This document shows positions 8,566-10,705 of a stretch of 10,705 nt of DNA, in pieces (position 1 is the stretch's first letter; each line of letters starts with the position of its first letter). Origin of the DNA: Azolla caroliniana (taxonomy: Eukaryota > Plantae > Polypodiophyta); assembly GCA_043228905.1 (NCBI GenBank), contig JBHGNT010001243.1, forward strand, positions 1 through 10,705. Reading direction: 5' to 3'. Both the position numbers and the translations under genes were made by a program. Under the pieces are notes generated by a model. That model did not search any database, was not told the origin of the DNA, and saw only the letters and a program-made list of their open reading frames with translations.

Positions 8566-9211
8566 ATGAATATGTGAATCCAAAGGGAAGGGGAAGGAGG
8601 GTGTTTATCAACAACTCTCATGGATCATCAAGATAGGGATCAAGCTATTAGTACACAACAAGAGATACGAAAGTATTGGGCCAAAAAAAAAGGAAACATA
8701 GTGAAATGTTAAAGGATAAAAAATACACATCAACTAAAGGTAAGGATAGTATTGGTTGTGATGTAGGTTTAAATACCACTGAGAATGGAAGTAATGAGAC
8801 TATTTCAATGTTCTCACAAAGTACATCAGCAATGAAGACAAGAAGGTAATACTTTATGGAATATTAAATGATCCATCAATAAAAGAATTAGTTGATTTTG
8901 ATGGTCTGAATGGAAACCTAACATCTGTACTAGTAAAAAATCTCCATAATTATAGTTTTGTATCCATGAGCAGGTCAAAAGATGATCAATAAAGCTAGTA
9001 TGGAGGTGGTAAAGGAACTAGTCTGCTAAAGCTAAAGCTCACCACAAGATGTAAGCCAGTGATACCCATAACATCATAAATCAAGGATATAATCACCATA
9101 TTTTGGACTAATGAGAGTAGGGTTTCACCCAATAAGAAGGATTTGTGCAGGAAATGTGTTGGAAGCACTCAATACGAGGAGCATCCCATTCATCTTCTTG
9201 ATGTAACTTAC
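8566..9211 (+). pseudogene. Decayed coding exon of an unknown protein, possibly DNA-transposon related
   Basis: Protein-like segments across frameshifts: QQEIRKYWAKK/RKHSEMLKD, KVILYGILNDPSIKELV and IKDIITIFWTNESRVSPNKKDLCRKCVGSTQYEEHPIHLLDVT. GT and an AT-rich intron-like stretch follow at 9212. The family assignment is from memory only. Confidence 0.4.
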
Positions 9212-9379
9212 GTATTTACATTTATATCATCATCTATTTTGATTATTAAGCTTATTGTCACAAGTCTATGCACTATTAAAATTACAATCACTAGGTAATT
9301 AGCTGCAATAACTAGTGGCTTGAGCTTCTATCTACGTTAGACATAGTTGATTAGCTACATTTAGTCGTACTCAAGGCTA

Positions 9380-9493
9380 AATATGATCATAGCTAATTAG
9401 CTACATCATAATATTATCATATCTAATTAGCTACATCAGAATATTATCATAGCTAATTAGCTACATTAGAATATGATCATAGCTAACTAGGTA
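9380..9493. repeat. Tandem repeat, 30-bp unit x ~3.8, each built on the palindrome TAGCTAATTAGCTA
   Basis: Unit ~AATATKATCATAGCTAATTAGCTACATCAG at 9380, 9410, 9440 and 9470. Further degenerate cores near 9292, 9344 and 9501. Confidence 0.93.
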
Positions 9494-9532
9494 TTGTTAA
9501 TAGCTAACTAGCTACTATTGGTCGGCAAAGAC

Positions 9533-10705
9533 TTAAGAGCTGAATAGAGTCGAGAATGGGAAAGGGATAATTAATCTAGAATTATTATGATTTTGAGAAC
9601 TGAACGGATTGATATTGATCGCCGCAATTCTTCGGACCACTTCTTGCCGTCGCCGTTGTCGTTCATACCGCTCGAGGTGGAGCTGTGTATCCAGCTGGTC
9701 GTCGTCCAGCTACTCCACGAATCACCTCACCGCCACCAATTGGTTCCCGGCTAATGATAGGAAGTCGTTCGACAATTCCTCCCTTATGGCAACAATGTTT
9801 TCCTTGTCCAATTTATAGAAATCGTCGCCGTCCTTTTGCCGGTTCTCCACATCCAATTGCAGCAATTGTAACTCCGCCGCCTGCTTAGCCCATTGAGACC
9901 ACCATTGAACTAAACTTTCTTCCACCAATCGCTTCGTCCGGTCTCTCCATGTCCACACCAGATCACGGATTCGCCCCAACCCCATCTTCAACTTGTTCTC
10001 TGCGGCCTGTTTTCGTCCTTCAATTGTTTGATTAGGCACACGGTTCCCACTTCTTGGCTTCTATAGTGCATGAGTTGGGTCTGATAGGTCGTCTGAACTT
10101 TGTTCAGAACCATTGTAGCGCACTCTGTTGCCTCCGAGTGCTACTGGGTCAGCTCTACCCGTTCTTTTGCCGCTTCCACTAGTTGTTTTGCTACTTCAGC
10201 CCCCTTCGACTGTTCCTCAACCAAGGCTGCCATGGTCCGACTAACTTCCTCCTGGAGTTCCCTCCACTTTTCCTGCTTCCCGTCACTTTCAGTAATCAAT
10301 TTCTTATGATCAACATCCAAATGCTTATAATCTTGGTGCAGTCGGTCGAAGTCGTCGGTTTTCTGTTTTAGCTTTTGATTGATTAGCCGGCGATCACGGT
10401 CCTCACGGTGTTTTTGTTGCCGGAGCTCCTCTTTGAGGCGCTCAATTTCCACTTCTGCCATTCGTTGGAGTTTCTCTTTCTCTTGCAGGATTTTTTCTTT
10501 CTCTGCTTTTAGGCGGTCATATGCTTGATGACCTTTTCTCAAGCTCGGCGGAGGCTGTCGGTCGTCTTCCTTTATTCCTCCTCTACCGCTTTTTTCAATT
10601 CTTGTTCCCTGGCTCGTAAGGCTTCTTGTGCTAACAAGTCTTCCCGTAATGTGGCAAGCTCTTGTGCTAGTGTTTTATTAGTATCCGGGCCTGCTTTAGT
10701 CACCG
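9533..10705 (-). pseudogene. Long coiled-coil (E/K/R/Q/L-rich) ORF, disrupted, 5' end outside the window
   Basis: Stitched frame: VTKAGPDTNKTLAQELATLREDLLAQEALRAREQELKKAVEEE*RKTTDSLRRA*EK / HQAYDRLKAEKEKILQEKEKLQ...ERVELTQ*HSEATE...LIKQLKDE / KQAAENKLK...LVWTWRDRTKRLVEESLVQWWSQWAKQ...AVR*FVE*LDDDQLDTQLHLERYERQRRRQEVVRRIAAININPF. Frameshifts near 10535 and 10012. The 3' end is uncertain (9533-9600). Confidence 0.75.

Noticed and set aside
9380-9515. CRISPR-like array of palindromic repeats
   Set aside because: The intervening sequences are near-identical rather than unique spacers, there are no cas genes, and the context is eukaryotic TE DNA.
9609-10371. + strand ORFs 9609-9818, 9685-9888, 10100-10309 and 10183-10371
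   Set aside because: Antisense shadows of the - strand coiled-coil pseudogene.

Overview
This window is eukaryotic (land-plant-type) repeat DNA with no intact gene, made of nested, decayed transposons. A bryophyte origin is my guess and is unverified. From left to right: (1) a + strand Ty1/Copia pol fragment (1-~1173), cut before the RT YVDD motif. (2) A + strand Ty3/Gypsy-like remnant: LTR end, tRNA-Arg-type PBS, gag with two zinc knuckles, and pol-linker fragments (~1174-2834, resuming at 7339-7498). (3) A nearly complete, younger-looking Tnt1/Tto1-like Copia element inserted into it on the - strand (2835-7338), with two ~93% identical LTRs and a PPT, but no PBS, no terminal CA and no TSD. 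(4) An 84-bp minisatellite (7745-~8170). (5) A decayed exon of an unknown, possibly DNA-transposon, protein (8566-9211). (6) A 30-bp array built on the palindrome TAGCTAATTAGCTA (9380-9493). (7) A >360-codon decayed coiled-coil ORF on the - strand running off the right edge. I see no convincing new biological system. The best leads are the antisense coiled-coil ORF, the palindrome-bracketed 7.5-9.5 kb block and the odd LTR ends.
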